Positions 17,990-28,012 of a DNA stretch of 39,407 bases are shown piece by piece (within the stretch, counting starts at the first letter, position 1; the number at the start of each line of letters is the position of its first letter). Below the pieces are notes generated by a model. The model was not told the DNA's origin and did not search any database. It worked only from the letters and a program-made list of their open reading frames with translations. The DNA is from a virus: positions 1 through 39,407 of the IMG/VR virus record IMGVR_UViG_3300014962_000001; one strand, 5' to 3'. The position numbers were made by a program, and so were the translations under genes.

Positions 17990-20851
17990 TTATGCAGTGA
18001 TGCTTTGCAGTTCGCTGTTGCTCAGACGGCGGTTGTAGTAGGCGATGCGCTGAACGTGACCGTTGAGGTAATTACCACCCAACCCCTCAAACTGACCAAT
18101 AGCAAAAAGGTTAACCGCTGGAACTGTTCCAGAAGTATCAGACGCTATTGCTCCAGCATCAGCAGATTGAGCAAAGTCATTAGCCGCATAAGCGATTGAC
18201 AACTTATGCGTTCCACTTGTCACTGAATTTATTGCTGAATCCAAGACGGCCTGTTCAACGCCTCCAGTTACTACCGTTGAACGCAACAGAGTTGAAGCGT
18301 TGATGAAAGCGCGAATCCTGTTGCTGGTTGTTCCGTCAGACACACCGAAAATTCTTGTTGATCCAGCCGTAAATCCAAAACAATCAAACTGTCCAAACAA
18401 AGTCCCCACATTCTGGTTGTACCACTGCGAGAAGTTCGACCCCAGCATACTCACGTTGTCAGCCGCCCGAGTCACCTGAGAAGCCACTGTCGGGATGTAG
18501 CTGGTAGCGAAGGAACCGGCTTCTAGTTGAGCCATTGTCACGGAACCTGTCACCGTCAGGGTCAGTGCTCCAGCAATCGGGGTGAACGTCAGTGTCGTGC
18601 GTGTGGGGTAATCTCCCGTTCCCACAAGTGTTCCTGTGTACGCACCCGACAGCACAATTGTCCCTGTGCCGTAGAAACTCAGCGTGTGGGCCGCTGCGGT
18701 GACAGTCACAATTTGAGTATTCAAAATTGAACTATTCAACACTAGGTTCGTCCTCTGCTCCTCGATCAGCAGGCCCTTGGGTGCTTTAGTGATCGGGTCA
18801 TAGTCGAACCGTGGGCCGTAATACGCAGCAGCAGCCGGTGCAGCAACAGGGTTGTAGACGTAGGGGTCAAGGCTTGCACTGTCAGACAGCTGAGCACCGA
18901 AGATGTAGATGCCAGAGGTACCGTTGCCGGTGTATGTCGAAGCCCCACTGTTCAACAAACTGACAACAATGCGACCGTTTGCAGTCCCACTGGTGCGAGA
19001 AATAAACAACCTCCACCAACCGTTTCCAATGCTGGTGGCTGTGGCAACTGTTCCTGCGCTGATGTTTGAGACAACACCTGTCAAAAGGTCAAAATCAGCG
19101 CCTTGAAGGTCGTTGTCAGTGAGCCGCATAGACGTGCGTTCTGCGGCTTTGGCATACACAGTATATGCGCTCGGGTCTACCGTCGAAACAACTACTGCGC
19201 TGCTATTCAGAATGCGATGCGCAGTGTTCGTCGTCCCCTCCACCAACTTCTCAGCACCCAGATACCCGAATGGGCCAACGTACTGCACAGCGGCAGCAGC
19301 AGCGGTCGTGACTTGGTAGTCGCCTGCGGTGGAGCCTTGGACGAGTTGTGCGCCCCAGATGAAGATGCCGCTGGTGCCGTCGCCGGTGTACGCTTCTTGT
19401 CCAGAATCATTCACAAGAACGACATAAATTGAGATTGCGGAAGCGATGTCTGCGGTTTGTGTGTAAGCAACTCGATACCATCCGTTACCCACACTTGTCA
19501 CAAGTGGAGCCGAAGGCATTGTGGAAGAAACCACTGTGCCGTTTGACAGATCAATCCTTGCTTTTTTTGTGCCGCCTTGCAGGTTGGAATACAACACAAC
19601 CTGAGTACGCTCACCTGCCTTGAGATACAAGGACGTGGTGTAGGTCAACCCAACAGTGACCGAGATTGTTCCGTTAATTCGGTGGTCTGAATTGACGGTG
19701 TTCTCCACCAACTTATCTGCTGTTACTGTTCCGTCAGGGGAAGCAAAAGAGTTTGCGGAAATTGTTGAGTTGGACTTGCTCCAAGCAGAATTATCAAACT
19801 CTTGCGAATACGTCAGCAAATTCGTCTGCACAAAGCTGTTGGTCTTATTCCACGCAGCGTTGTCGAACTCCTGCGTGTAGCCCAGCAGGTTCTTGACCGT
19901 GGTGGGGTTGTAGGTCGTGGCTGTGCTGCCGATTTCGAGTTGAGCGCCCCAGATGTACGCACCAGAGGTTCCATTACCAACGTAAGATGTTGTTGTTCCG
20001 TTTGACAAACGGATACGGTTGAAACCTCTTGTAGTGGGAAGTGTTGAAGTTGTGGTTTCGGTATAAACGCAACGATACCAACCATTACCCACAGATGTTA
20101 TTGCTGCGGAATTGTTTCCGAAAGAAGCCAGAATATTCGCGGTTCCAGATGACAAGTTGAAGCTTGCCATTTCATTACCAGACCACGCACCGTCGTAAAT
20201 TACCAACACACTACGTTCAGCCGCTTTTGCATAAAAACTGAATGTGTATGTCAACCCGGTAGTTGCATCAAAAGTTGCTGCACTTACCGTATGTGTGGTT
20301 GCCACTGCATCAGAGCTTTCAACAAACTTATCTGCCGTAGTCGTGCCGTCAGGTGCGACCACAACATTTGCCGTTACTGTGGCGTTTGTTTTAGTCCAAG
20401 CGCTGTTGTCTACCTGCTCCGAATAAGTCAGCAGGTTGTGCGGTGCGTACTGGACCAGTCCATTACTGCCCGTCAACGTGGCGTTGCTGGTGCGGCTGAA
20501 CGTGATGCGAGGATCAAGACGACCTAAAGTAAAATCTAAGTTCAATGAAGACAGTCCACTTGCAGGAATATAACCACCAATGTCTGTAGACCAAGGCTTT
20601 GTCAGTGTAGCATCTTCATACACAGGGATATAATCAACCCATGCTTGAGTTCCTGTCGTACTCCCGAGAGTTTTTACAACTTGATAACCATCATTTGCAT
20701 AGGTATTTTCTACTGCTGTATTGGTAACAGAAATACCTTTAACAGGGATATAATCCTTCCAAGCCTGTAAACCAACAACACTAGGAAGGATATACACTAC
20801 CATTTTACGGGTATTTCCCTCTAAAACACTAGGGAAGGTACGTGGAATCAT
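17990..20851 (-). CDS. large fibre/spike-like protein with repeated lectin-like modules
   Basis: 953 aa. Repeated blocks LLTYS(E/Q)..DN.AW.K.N ... PDGT.TADK.VE ... GNGWYR ... IWGAQL..GS. Confidence 0.5.
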   Translation of the reverse strand: MIPRTFPSVLEGNTRKMVVYILPSVVGLQAWKDYIPVKGISVTNTAVENTYANDGYQVVKTLGSTTGTQAWVDYIPVYEDATLTKPWSTDIGGYIPASGLSSLNLDFTLGRLDPRITFSRTSNATLTGSNGLVQYAPHNLLTYSEQVDNSAWTKTNATVTANVVVAPDGTTTADKFVESSDAVATTHTVSAATFDATTGLTYTFSFYAKAAERSVLVIYDGAWSGNEMASFNLSSGTANILASFGNNSAAITSVGNGWYRCVYTETTTSTLPTTRGFNRIRLSNGTTTSYVGNGTSGAYIWGAQLEIGSTATTYNPTTVKNLLGYTQEFDNAAWNKTNSFVQTNLLTYSQEFDNSAWSKSNSTISANSFASPDGTVTADKLVENTVNSDHRINGTISVTVGLTYTTSLYLKAGERTQVVLYSNLQGGTKKARIDLSNGTVVSSTMPSAPLVTSVGNGWYRVAYTQTADIASAISIYVVLVNDSGQEAYTGDGTSGIFIWGAQLVQGSTAGDYQVTTAAAAAVQYVGPFGYLGAEKLVEGTTNTAHRILNSSAVVVSTVDPSAYTVYAKAAERTSMRLTDNDLQGADFDLLTGVVSNISAGTVATATSIGNGWWRLFISRTSGTANGRIVVSLLNSGASTYTGNGTSGIYIFGAQLSDSASLDPYVYNPVAAPAAAAYYGPRFDYDPITKAPKGLLIEEQRTNLVLNSSILNTQIVTVTAAAHTLSFYGTGTIVLSGAYTGTLVGTGDYPTRTTLTFTPIAGALTLTVTGSVTMAQLEAGSFATSYIPTVASQVTRAADNVSMLGSNFSQWYNQNVGTLFGQFDCFGFTAGSTRIFGVSDGTTSNRIRAFINASTLLRSTVVTGGVEQAVLDSAINSVTSGTHKLSIAYAANDFAQSADAGAIASDTSGTVPAVNLFAIGQFEGLGGNYLNGHVQRIAYYNRRLSNSELQSITA

Positions 20852-21045
20852 TGCTCAATTTCCTTAGAAACAGATGCTTTTGGAGGACGTCCTGCTTTCT
20901 TAACAACTGCAATAGGTTCTTCCATTTTATCTTCAGTGTCTTTCACTACTTCAACATATTCAGGATGGGAACGCATTGCTTTAATATCGTGTTCAGCAGT
21001 GAATTCATAAACCTCATTAGAGGTAATACATTTAAATTTAGCCAT
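20848..21045 (-). CDS. hypothetical protein
   Basis: 65 aa; ATGA overlap with the fibre gene start. Confidence 0.45.
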   Translation of the reverse strand: MAKFKCITSNEVYEFTAEHDIKAMRSHPEYVEVVKDTEDKMEEPIAVVKKAGRPPKASVSKEIEQ

Positions 21046-21081
21046 TTACATCTTTCCTTTGATTGGAGTAGATACAAGGAA

Positions 21082-21105
21082 GACCCCTCCAGTTAAGGAA
21101 GGGTC
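21082..21105 (-). terminator. Hairpin (attenuator/terminator) after the capsid gene
   Basis: On the minus-strand RNA: GACCCUUCC-UUAACU-GGAGGGGUC, a 9-bp stem with one G-U pair, followed by UUCCUUGU. Confidence 0.5.
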
Positions 21106-21132
21106 AACCGTTTACCTACTCAGATTATCTAA

Positions 21133-22056
21133 TTAGGCTGGAACTGCAAGAGCAACAGCAGCGCCATCACGCAGTTCGCCAACACCGTACAGAACGTCAG
21201 CGGTAAACAAGGTACCGAGGTATTCCTGCTTGTACTGGGTCTGGGTACGGACGCCCATCTGCTCAACCAGAACTGCGAAGTCCTTATGGCCAAGCAGACA
21301 GATACGGGTAGCGGTAGAACCACTGGTCGTATCAGCGTTAGAGGTCACGAACACTGGGATGCCGTACACGTTACCAACTTCACCGTTACGGATGGTGTTA
21401 GAGCCACCTTGCTCACCAACAAAAGCTTGCTCGGTGAAACGGGCGATACCCATCATAGTGTTACGGGTGCTCGGAGGAACGATCAGGAAACGACCATCCA
21501 TCGGAATGTCAGCATCGTCAAGACGCTGGATAGAACGACGAATAGCAGCATCGGTCAGAGCAGCCACGCCAGTGTTAGAGCCAGCAACATAGGCAGTCGT
21601 GCCGTCAGCGCCAGAGAAAGCACCAGAGTAAGCAGCAGTACCAGAGCCACCTTGCACAGAGCGACCCAGACGGATCAGCGAGGTGTCCACTTGACGAGCC
21701 AGAGCGTAGCCAGCGTCATCAGTGTAGAACTGGCGCAGCGAGGACAGAGCTTGAGCTTCCACGATGTCTTCGATCAGGCGGCTGTATTCCCAGTGCTGGT
21801 CAATGTTGATAACCACTTCGCCTTCGGTGGCAGCAATCAGGTTGACCTGAGTGTTAGCCGTCTTAGCGGAAGCAGAGCCACGGGTGGGCGAAGGAATGTG
21901 AACGGTGTCACCTTTCTTGCCCTTGAAGTTCATTTTCTTGAACAGGTTGGCAGCAACAAGGTTCTTCTTGTATGCTGCAACAATTTCATCACTCCATACC
22001 TCAGGGATAAAGGTTGCTGCGGTGGTGGTAGTGACTTGAGCGGTACCTAAAGGCAT
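21133..22056 (-). CDS. major capsid protein
   Basis: 307 aa following the scaffold gene. N-terminus ...TFIPEVWSDEIV is typical of HK97-fold capsid proteins. Codon usage is high-GC. Confidence 0.75.
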   Translation of the reverse strand: MPLGTAQVTTTTAATFIPEVWSDEIVAAYKKNLVAANLFKKMNFKGKKGDTVHIPSPTRGSASAKTANTQVNLIAATEGEVVINIDQHWEYSRLIEDIVEAQALSSLRQFYTDDAGYALARQVDTSLIRLGRSVQGGSGTAAYSGAFSGADGTTAYVAGSNTGVAALTDAAIRRSIQRLDDADIPMDGRFLIVPPSTRNTMMGIARFTEQAFVGEQGGSNTIRNGEVGNVYGIPVFVTSNADTTSGSTATRICLLGHKDFAVLVEQMGVRTQTQYKQEYLGTLFTADVLYGVGELRDGAAVALAVPA

Positions 22057-22089
22057 TTTATACTCCTATGAATTTCTAAATTGGATAAA

Positions 22090-22893
22090 TCATTTAACAC
22101 GACCCTCCGCATATGCGCTCATAATTTCAGGTTGAAGAGCTTCATAACGGTTAGGATCAGTCATTTTAAGACGGATTAAATCCGCACGACGATAAACTTT
22201 CTTTGAACTCTCTCCAGAACCGCCAATATCAACACCAGCGGCCTTCATGGCTTGTGCTTTCTGTTGTTTACCAGCTTCTTGGACAGCAGCAGAGTCTTTA
22301 GAAGACTTAACCTGCCGAAGTTCTTTATAAGTGCTTAAAAGTTCATCTGCTGCTTCAAAGTCAAACTCAGCATCAGCCTTAGCGTATAAATTCAGACGTA
22401 CCTTACTGCCTTTAATCCAGTCTTGGAATCCTGCATCTTGTGCAATCTGTCCAAAGTCAGGGTGTTTAGCAGCAAGTTGTTGTGCTGTCTTCATACGCTT
22501 AAGCTCAATAGCCATTTGTTTGGCTTCTTGAACAGAAGGGTCAGTTTCAATAGCTTTCTTAATAGCTACTTGAGGATTTTCAAAGAAATCAACTTCGGGC
22601 GCATCCAGCTCAATTTCAGGCTCTTTTGTCGGTGCGAGTTGCCGTTTGAGTAATTCATCAGCAAGTTTACGTACCTCACTAACTTCATGTGCCTGTCGTC
22701 CAATCAACTTTTCAGCTTCTTGGTGCATCTTAATGATGTCATCAACAGACTTGTTCTTGTATTTATCAGGTACGATATCTTCTACTTTAGTTGAATCAGG
22801 TTGTTCAGTAATTTTCTGAGTCTGGTCTTCTTCGGTAATTTGGTTAGCTTGCTCTTCGTTATTGTCAAACGATTCAAGATCAATAAGTGCCAT
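22090..22893 (-). CDS. scaffolding protein
   Basis: 267 aa, acidic and helical, located between the portal and capsid genes. Confidence 0.6.
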   Translation of the reverse strand: MALIDLESFDNNEEQANQITEEDQTQKITEQPDSTKVEDIVPDKYKNKSVDDIIKMHQEAEKLIGRQAHEVSEVRKLADELLKRQLAPTKEPEIELDAPEVDFFENPQVAIKKAIETDPSVQEAKQMAIELKRMKTAQQLAAKHPDFGQIAQDAGFQDWIKGSKVRLNLYAKADAEFDFEAADELLSTYKELRQVKSSKDSAAVQEAGKQQKAQAMKAAGVDIGGSGESSKKVYRRADLIRLKMTDPNRYEALQPEIMSAYAEGRVK

Positions 22894-22949
22894 GTAATTG
22901 TTCTCCTGTCTCTTTATTAGAGATTATAGGACTATGAAATGCTAAGAGA

Positions 22950-23183
22950 TTATTCAGCATTGAGTTTTTTCTCAACTGATAATTTCTCGGCCCTTTTTCG
23001 TTCCCACGCATCATACGCAGTAGGGAAAGCACCTGTGATGCCTTCTAACTTTGTCTGAGGAGCAGAAACAATACGGATAGCGTTAGAACTGCAGTGCGGA
23101 CATGAATAAGTCCTTACGCTATCATCTACTAGTGCCTCAAACTTATGGTCTTCAGTACACATAAACTCAAAGATTCTTCTCAT
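22950..23183 (-). CDS. zinc-ribbon protein
   Basis: C..H...(18)...CPHC pattern in 77 aa. Confidence 0.45.
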   Translation of the reverse strand: MRRIFEFMCTEDHKFEALVDDSVRTYSCPHCSSNAIRIVSAPQTKLEGITGAFPTAYDAWERKRAEKLSVEKKLNAE

Positions 23184-23419
23184 GAAGTTTCTCCTTTAAG
23201 TTGGTCATATACTTCTTCACAAGCTTGACGACGATTTAAGATTAAGTCTAAGATATCGACTTGTCCTTGACGAAAGTGCATTTGTTGAGCGTCTTTGACG
23301 TTGCGAATATCTAACAACTCATCTCTTAACTTTTTGAAGTCTTCCATAAGGTCTCCCCACCCTACAGAAGCCATCATTGAAAATTGTTCGTTGTAATATT
23401 TGTCTAAGGATTGTTCCAT
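23180..23419 (-). CDS. hypothetical protein
   Basis: 79-aa helical ORF; ATGA overlap with the neighbouring gene. Confidence 0.45.
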   Translation of the reverse strand: MEQSLDKYYNEQFSMMASVGWGDLMEDFKKLRDELLDIRNVKDAQQMHFRQGQVDILDLILNRRQACEEVYDQLKGETS

Positions 23420-23442
23420 TGGAGTCCTTTCTGTGTGTTTAA

Positions 23443-23571
23443 TTATTTAGCTTTTTTAGTTTTCTTAGCCGGAACTGCTTTTTTAGGCTTGGCTTCCTCA
23501 AGCATAACGCCCTTCGGATATTCTTTTTCAAGCTCTTTCATCAGTTTTTTGCTAGGTTTCTTAGTAGCCAT
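23443..23571 (-). CDS. small Lys-rich protein (42 aa; not in the ORF track)
   Basis: Hand translation MATKKPSKKLMKELEKEYPKGVMLEEAKPKKAVPAKKTKKAK. Confidence 0.4.
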   Translation of the reverse strand: MATKKPSKKLMKELEKEYPKGVMLEEAKPKKAVPAKKTKKAK

Positions 23572-23580
23572 TTGTATTCC

Positions 23581-25569
23581 TTACTGTGTTTGTGTTCGAT
23601 TAGCCATCTGAGCCATAGCGATACGCTCGTTACTGTCAATGTCCTTCTCTTTGAGCATGATTTCAGCTAACCGAACTCGACGTTCAAAGTCAGCAGACTC
23701 ATTGTTCTCATTAAGGTTGTTAGACAAGGCAGCAATGACACGCGCACGGGCTTCTTCAGGAGCAATCTGAGCCTCAACCATAGCCTTTTGAGCTTCTGCT
23801 TGAGCTTTTTGAGCCTTAGCCTGTGTCTCTTGAATCTGAGCTTCAGCAGCAGCCATTTGCATAGCCTGTTGTTGCTGAGCAGCTTGTTGAGCTTCAGGGG
23901 ACGGCTGACTCATTTGTTCCAGAGTAGCGATCAATTCTTGACGATTGGTCAGAGAACTGTTCTGCAGGATACCTTTAAGAATCAACGGAAGCACAGGAGT
24001 GTCCGGCCCTAATGTCTGCAGCAAAGCAATAAACTGTTGTTGTTCAAACTCACGAGCCAAGATACCCAAGGTAGCTGTAGGAATGAATTTAACATCCACA
24101 GAAGGGTAACGCTCAGTGTCAAACTGCATATAACGCCAAGCAGCTTTGTTGATAAACGGAATCAGGAAGTCTTCTTGGAAGTTCGTCAGAGTACGTTTGT
24201 ACTTTTTGATGATACCTGCCATAGCCATTGACATACCACCTGCACCAGCGTCACGAGGAACATTGGAGGGCATACCTGCCGAGTCCACTGTACCTGTTGC
24301 CTGAAGCAGTAAACGCTCAAAGTTCTGAGCAGTCTGAATGTTTGTCTGATCCGTAGCACCGAACTTAAACGGCATCATGATCTGATTAGGATCGCCGTTA
24401 GTCAGGAAAGCTTTACCGGGCTTGATCTCAAACTTAGCACCACGAGGTAAGCGAGTAGCGTCCATTGCAATCATGGGAGCCGTTGTCAAAGCAACCGAAT
24501 CCATGTGAGCACGAAGCTGACCATCAATAGCTTTCTGCATATTGTAGGCCTTTTCAGCCGTACCACGACCCCAGAAACGACCGGGGACGGTATCGTCCTG
24601 ATAAGCCATTACAGGTCGATCCTTCATCATGTAAGGATTCGCCTCGGCTTTAATGATCTTATCGCCGTTAACGATCACAATGATAGCTTCCACTAATTCA
24701 TCATAATCATCAGCAACAGAATCTTCAGGGAATAATTCTACTTCTTTCTCACCAGAGAACTCTTCCAAGTATTCCTTAGGAACCAGACCGTAGTATGTCA
24801 ACATACGAACACGGTCATCTTGGAAAGTATGTACTTCTTCCGTAGGTTCTAAATCGTCATCAGGAGCATCTAAGCCCAGATCAATCTTACGATAGATACC
24901 TTTTTCCATGCCTTCCACGACTTTGTGGACAGACACAAACTTTTCAATACCACAGCCCATAGAATCATCTAAGGACGTAGCGTTAGGGTCAATCAGGAAG
25001 TTCTTAGGGTTGACAGGAACTAATTTAACAGATACACGGTCTTTCTCTTGAACACCGATAGCTGCAATTCCTTGCTCACCCGGAATAGCCTGAGTAGCTG
25101 GTGCGTACTCTTTTTCGACCTTGACGACAATCTCACCGATACCTGTACCGTAGATCTCAGCCATCAGTTCAATCTGATCGACAGCTTTCTTGATTTTGTC
25201 ACGGTTAAAGTCTTCCATCAACTGAGCTTTTAACATCTCAATATCCAGAGGATTACCGTTTACATCGCGAATATCATCTTCAATGTCAAACCACTCACCC
25301 TGACCAAAGATAGCTTCCATGATCTCGGCGTGACGGGTTTCAATGGCTTGTTGAGTAGCAGGAGAGATGATACGACTACGCTCAGACTCTCGTGTACGAT
25401 CCTCAGCAGCCCATTGACCACGGAAGATACGCTCATACTCTAACCATTTGTCTAAATAGTTCTGATCTCGGTAATCACGCCAACGATCAGTATGTGAAAC
25501 AACCCATTGAGCTAGTTCAAGATCCTTCTCTGTGGGTTCTTCAAATTGGTTTTGTTCTAAGTTATCCAT
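23581..25569 (-). CDS. portal (head-tail connector) protein
   Basis: 662 aa, located downstream of terminase and upstream of scaffold and capsid. Gln/Ala-rich C-terminus. Confidence 0.75.
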   Translation of the reverse strand: MDNLEQNQFEEPTEKDLELAQWVVSHTDRWRDYRDQNYLDKWLEYERIFRGQWAAEDRTRESERSRIISPATQQAIETRHAEIMEAIFGQGEWFDIEDDIRDVNGNPLDIEMLKAQLMEDFNRDKIKKAVDQIELMAEIYGTGIGEIVVKVEKEYAPATQAIPGEQGIAAIGVQEKDRVSVKLVPVNPKNFLIDPNATSLDDSMGCGIEKFVSVHKVVEGMEKGIYRKIDLGLDAPDDDLEPTEEVHTFQDDRVRMLTYYGLVPKEYLEEFSGEKEVELFPEDSVADDYDELVEAIIVIVNGDKIIKAEANPYMMKDRPVMAYQDDTVPGRFWGRGTAEKAYNMQKAIDGQLRAHMDSVALTTAPMIAMDATRLPRGAKFEIKPGKAFLTNGDPNQIMMPFKFGATDQTNIQTAQNFERLLLQATGTVDSAGMPSNVPRDAGAGGMSMAMAGIIKKYKRTLTNFQEDFLIPFINKAAWRYMQFDTERYPSVDVKFIPTATLGILAREFEQQQFIALLQTLGPDTPVLPLILKGILQNSSLTNRQELIATLEQMSQPSPEAQQAAQQQQAMQMAAAEAQIQETQAKAQKAQAEAQKAMVEAQIAPEEARARVIAALSNNLNENNESADFERRVRLAEIMLKEKDIDSNERIAMAQMANRTQTQ

Positions 25570-26045
25570 TATTTTGTTGAATCTTCAAAAGGATCATCGA
25601 ATTCTTCAAAGTCAAAGCCAGAATCAACTGCCTTTTTAGCTAACTTTAAAGCCTCATATTTGACATCATCAATAGGGCCACCAAGCTCTTGAGAATCACA
25701 AGTCCGTGTAGGGCTGCAAGTGATCTCATAAAGCATACAGTAGGCTACAGGCTTGGATTCAATATCTACGATAGAGGGGTCTACCATAGATGTCTTGAAG
25801 TCCTTAGCAGGGCCATTATCAATGCAATCTTTTACTTGAGTAGTTTCTAAGAAGTGTTCACAGTTGGCACAAAGCCTACCACGAGCATCCCCTTCAGTAA
25901 CTTCCCACTTCTTAGCTTTATCTTTCCAGAATTCAGTATTAGGCTGTCTAGGATCAGCAGGCCCGAGACCGTGTTCCTTGATAGTCTTAATATGGTTCTT
26001 GATATTAAGCTTATTATTTTGTAACGGTAATGGGCAATAATCCAT
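25569..26045 (-). CDS. hypothetical Cys-containing protein
   Basis: 158 aa between terminase and portal; contains CANCEHF. Confidence 0.45.
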   Translation of the reverse strand: MDYCPLPLQNNKLNIKNHIKTIKEHGLGPADPRQPNTEFWKDKAKKWEVTEGDARGRLCANCEHFLETTQVKDCIDNGPAKDFKTSMVDPSIVDIESKPVAYCMLYEITCSPTRTCDSQELGGPIDDVKYEALKLAKKAVDSGFDFEEFDDPFEDSTK

Positions 26046-26047
26046 AG

Positions 26048-27304
26048 TCAGTATCCTGATATTACATCATAAGTCTCATAGTCTTCTTCCTCATAGTCAG
26101 GAAGGAACGCTGAGATAGCTAATTGTTCAACATAAGCCAAAGCATCAACCAAGTCATCATGTACGCCCTTAGTAGGGAACATAATCAGTTGATCTTTGAA
26201 CTCTTCAAAGTCTTCATCTTCGTTAAGAATGATATGACCATGTTCAAACCTACCTTGCAAAGCCCAGACAACACGATCAGTCTTCTTCTTGTTGCCATGA
26301 GTAAGGGTTTGAATATGAGCAAAAGTGTTGTATTGACGCATCATGTCCTGTAAGACACCCATAACAGCATTCATAGCTGTTCCACGCTCAATACCGATCT
26401 GAGTAGGTTGATATTCCTTGATGTTCTTCAAGATCCTCATGCAGGTGTCTTTAATGTCCCACCGTCCATGCTCAATCTTTTCTACGTACCATTTATTGTC
26501 ATTACCGATCTTGACCACAGCCATAGCTGTTTCGTCTAGTCTCTTCTTGTTCTGCGAGCCATCAGAGATGTTCTCAAAGCCTGCCAAGTCGATAGCAATG
26601 ACATAAGTACCATCATCAGGCACTGGACCTTCCTTGATCCACTCAGCTTTGAAGATGTCGGCACCTGCTGTATCGAAGCTAGACAAGTATTCCTGTTTGA
26701 ATGCAAAGGAACTTAAAGTACGTTTAGCTGCTTCAATTTCCTTCGGATCAATCGTCTCATTGTCTGCCGTGGTAAAGTGCCATGATTTCCACTCAGGATC
26801 TTCCCCTGTCTGGCCTAATTTAAAAATTTCATATAGCCAATTTCTTCCAGATGGAGTCGAAATAAATAAAGCTCTACCTTTTTTATCTGACAAAGCTGCT
26901 CGAAGAATCTTTTGCCAAACATCTTCTTTAATAAAAGCACACTCATCAAGAACAAGATATGTCAAAGACACACCACGTAACGAGTCTGGATTATCTGCCC
27001 CTCTTACTAGAATTTTTCGTCCATTAATCAAACTTATTTCAAGATTGTTAATATGACTAGACTTAATAATCGGTCTTCCTAGTTCGTGAAGTAAGTCCCA
27101 GATAATCGTGCGGGCTTGTCCAAGCGTAGGAGCGACATACATAACAGCCGATCCTTCTGGACAATTTAATGCCTCAATTAATAAAGTCACAGCAGAAAGT
27201 CTAGATTTACCACAACGTCGTCCCGCAGCAACAACTTTAAATCTATGGGTATCTTCAAAAACAGCACGTTGCCATTTTAAAAGTTGAAAGTTTAGCTCAG
27301 CCAT
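26048..27304 (-). CDS. terminase large subunit
   Basis: Walker [10 protein letters not shown] and Walker B LVLDECAF. Nuclease acidic motifs IAIDLAG and HDDLVDAL. Confidence 0.9.
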   Translation of the reverse strand: MAELNFQLLKWQRAVFEDTHRFKVVAAGRRCGKSRLSAVTLLIEALNCPEGSAVMYVAPTLGQARTIIWDLLHELGRPIIKSSHINNLEISLINGRKILVRGADNPDSLRGVSLTYLVLDECAFIKEDVWQKILRAALSDKKGRALFISTPSGRNWLYEIFKLGQTGEDPEWKSWHFTTADNETIDPKEIEAAKRTLSSFAFKQEYLSSFDTAGADIFKAEWIKEGPVPDDGTYVIAIDLAGFENISDGSQNKKRLDETAMAVVKIGNDNKWYVEKIEHGRWDIKDTCMRILKNIKEYQPTQIGIERGTAMNAVMGVLQDMMRQYNTFAHIQTLTHGNKKKTDRVVWALQGRFEHGHIILNEDEDFEEFKDQLIMFPTKGVHDDLVDALAYVEQLAISAFLPDYEEEDYETYDVISGY

Positions 27305-27542
27305 TGAATTTATTTCCTTTTGCCATATTGTCCTTTGCAGGTATGACTTTTAAATTCCAAGGAACATGCAACCCACAGACTGTTTTTCCTTGTAAGGGTA
27401 CAACATGATCGACATGCCATGCTACATCTGATTCTTTGTTTCGCATAGCACAGACTTGATAATGTTCTTTTGCTCTTTGTAAAGATTTTTCTTTATTCTT
27501 TAAACACCACTGATGTTTGTATTCTTGCTGTTTATTTTTCAT
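27297..27542 (-). CDS. HNH endonuclease
   Basis: HVDHVVPL ... [16 protein letters not shown]. Confidence 0.8.
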   Translation of the reverse strand: MKNKQQEYKHQWCLKNKEKSLQRAKEHYQVCAMRNKESDVAWHVDHVVPLQGKTVCGLHVPWNLKVIPAKDNMAKGNKFNG

Positions 27543-27631
27543 TTGTGATCTCCTTTCGAGAGAAACAGGTGTCTAGACCCACGCACCTGTAAACGTGGCG
27601 AAAGCCCATCACTGGGTGTCTCAAGCCCGAA

Positions 27632-28012
27632 TTACCGGGAATCTACATCCGTTACGTCAACATCGACAATATCGTCCGTAGTCTGTACTGTTGGCGTGCC
27701 CACTGAACTTATGTTGATACTAATCTGAGGTGTACCTCCACCAGCCTTAGCAGTCTCAAACGCTGAGACAGGAATAATACGATCTACAATAAGTTTCCAC
27801 GCAGCAGCTTGGTTCTTATGCTCATCATTCAGAGCAGCATCATAAATAGCTTCTAAGACCTTAGCTGACTTAGGAGAGTTAAGCATCCTAAGCTTATATT
27901 CGTTGATGATAGCAGCATCACCCTTTGGTCTACCTACAGACCTAGATTCTTTAATCTCTGCTATGTCAGACTTAGGAGGCCTCCCTCTTTTATTCCCCGA
28001 TGGCTTTGTCAT
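27632..28012 (-). CDS. small terminase subunit / DNA-binding protein (putative)
   Basis: AT-hook-like RGRPPK and VGRPKG motifs. Lies upstream of the HNH and large terminase genes. Confidence 0.4.
   Translation of the reverse strand: MTKPSGNKRGRPPKSDIAEIKESRSVGRPKGDAAIINEYKLRMLNSPKSAKVLEAIYDAALNDEHKNQAAAWKLIVDRIIPVSAFETAKAGGGTPQISINISSVGTPTVQTTDDIVDVDVTDVDSR

Noticed and set aside
18527-20527. Numerous 60-109-aa ORFs on both strands inside the 953-aa fibre gene
   Set aside because: Same GC-rich shadow effect. They all overlap one long ORF that has clear modular protein repeats.
21230-22050. 120-aa and 254-aa plus-strand ORFs antisense to the capsid gene
   Set aside because: Long antisense ORFs are expected in GC-rich coding DNA. 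The translations are Arg/Ser/Thr-rich low-complexity sequence, and there is no RBS or promoter.
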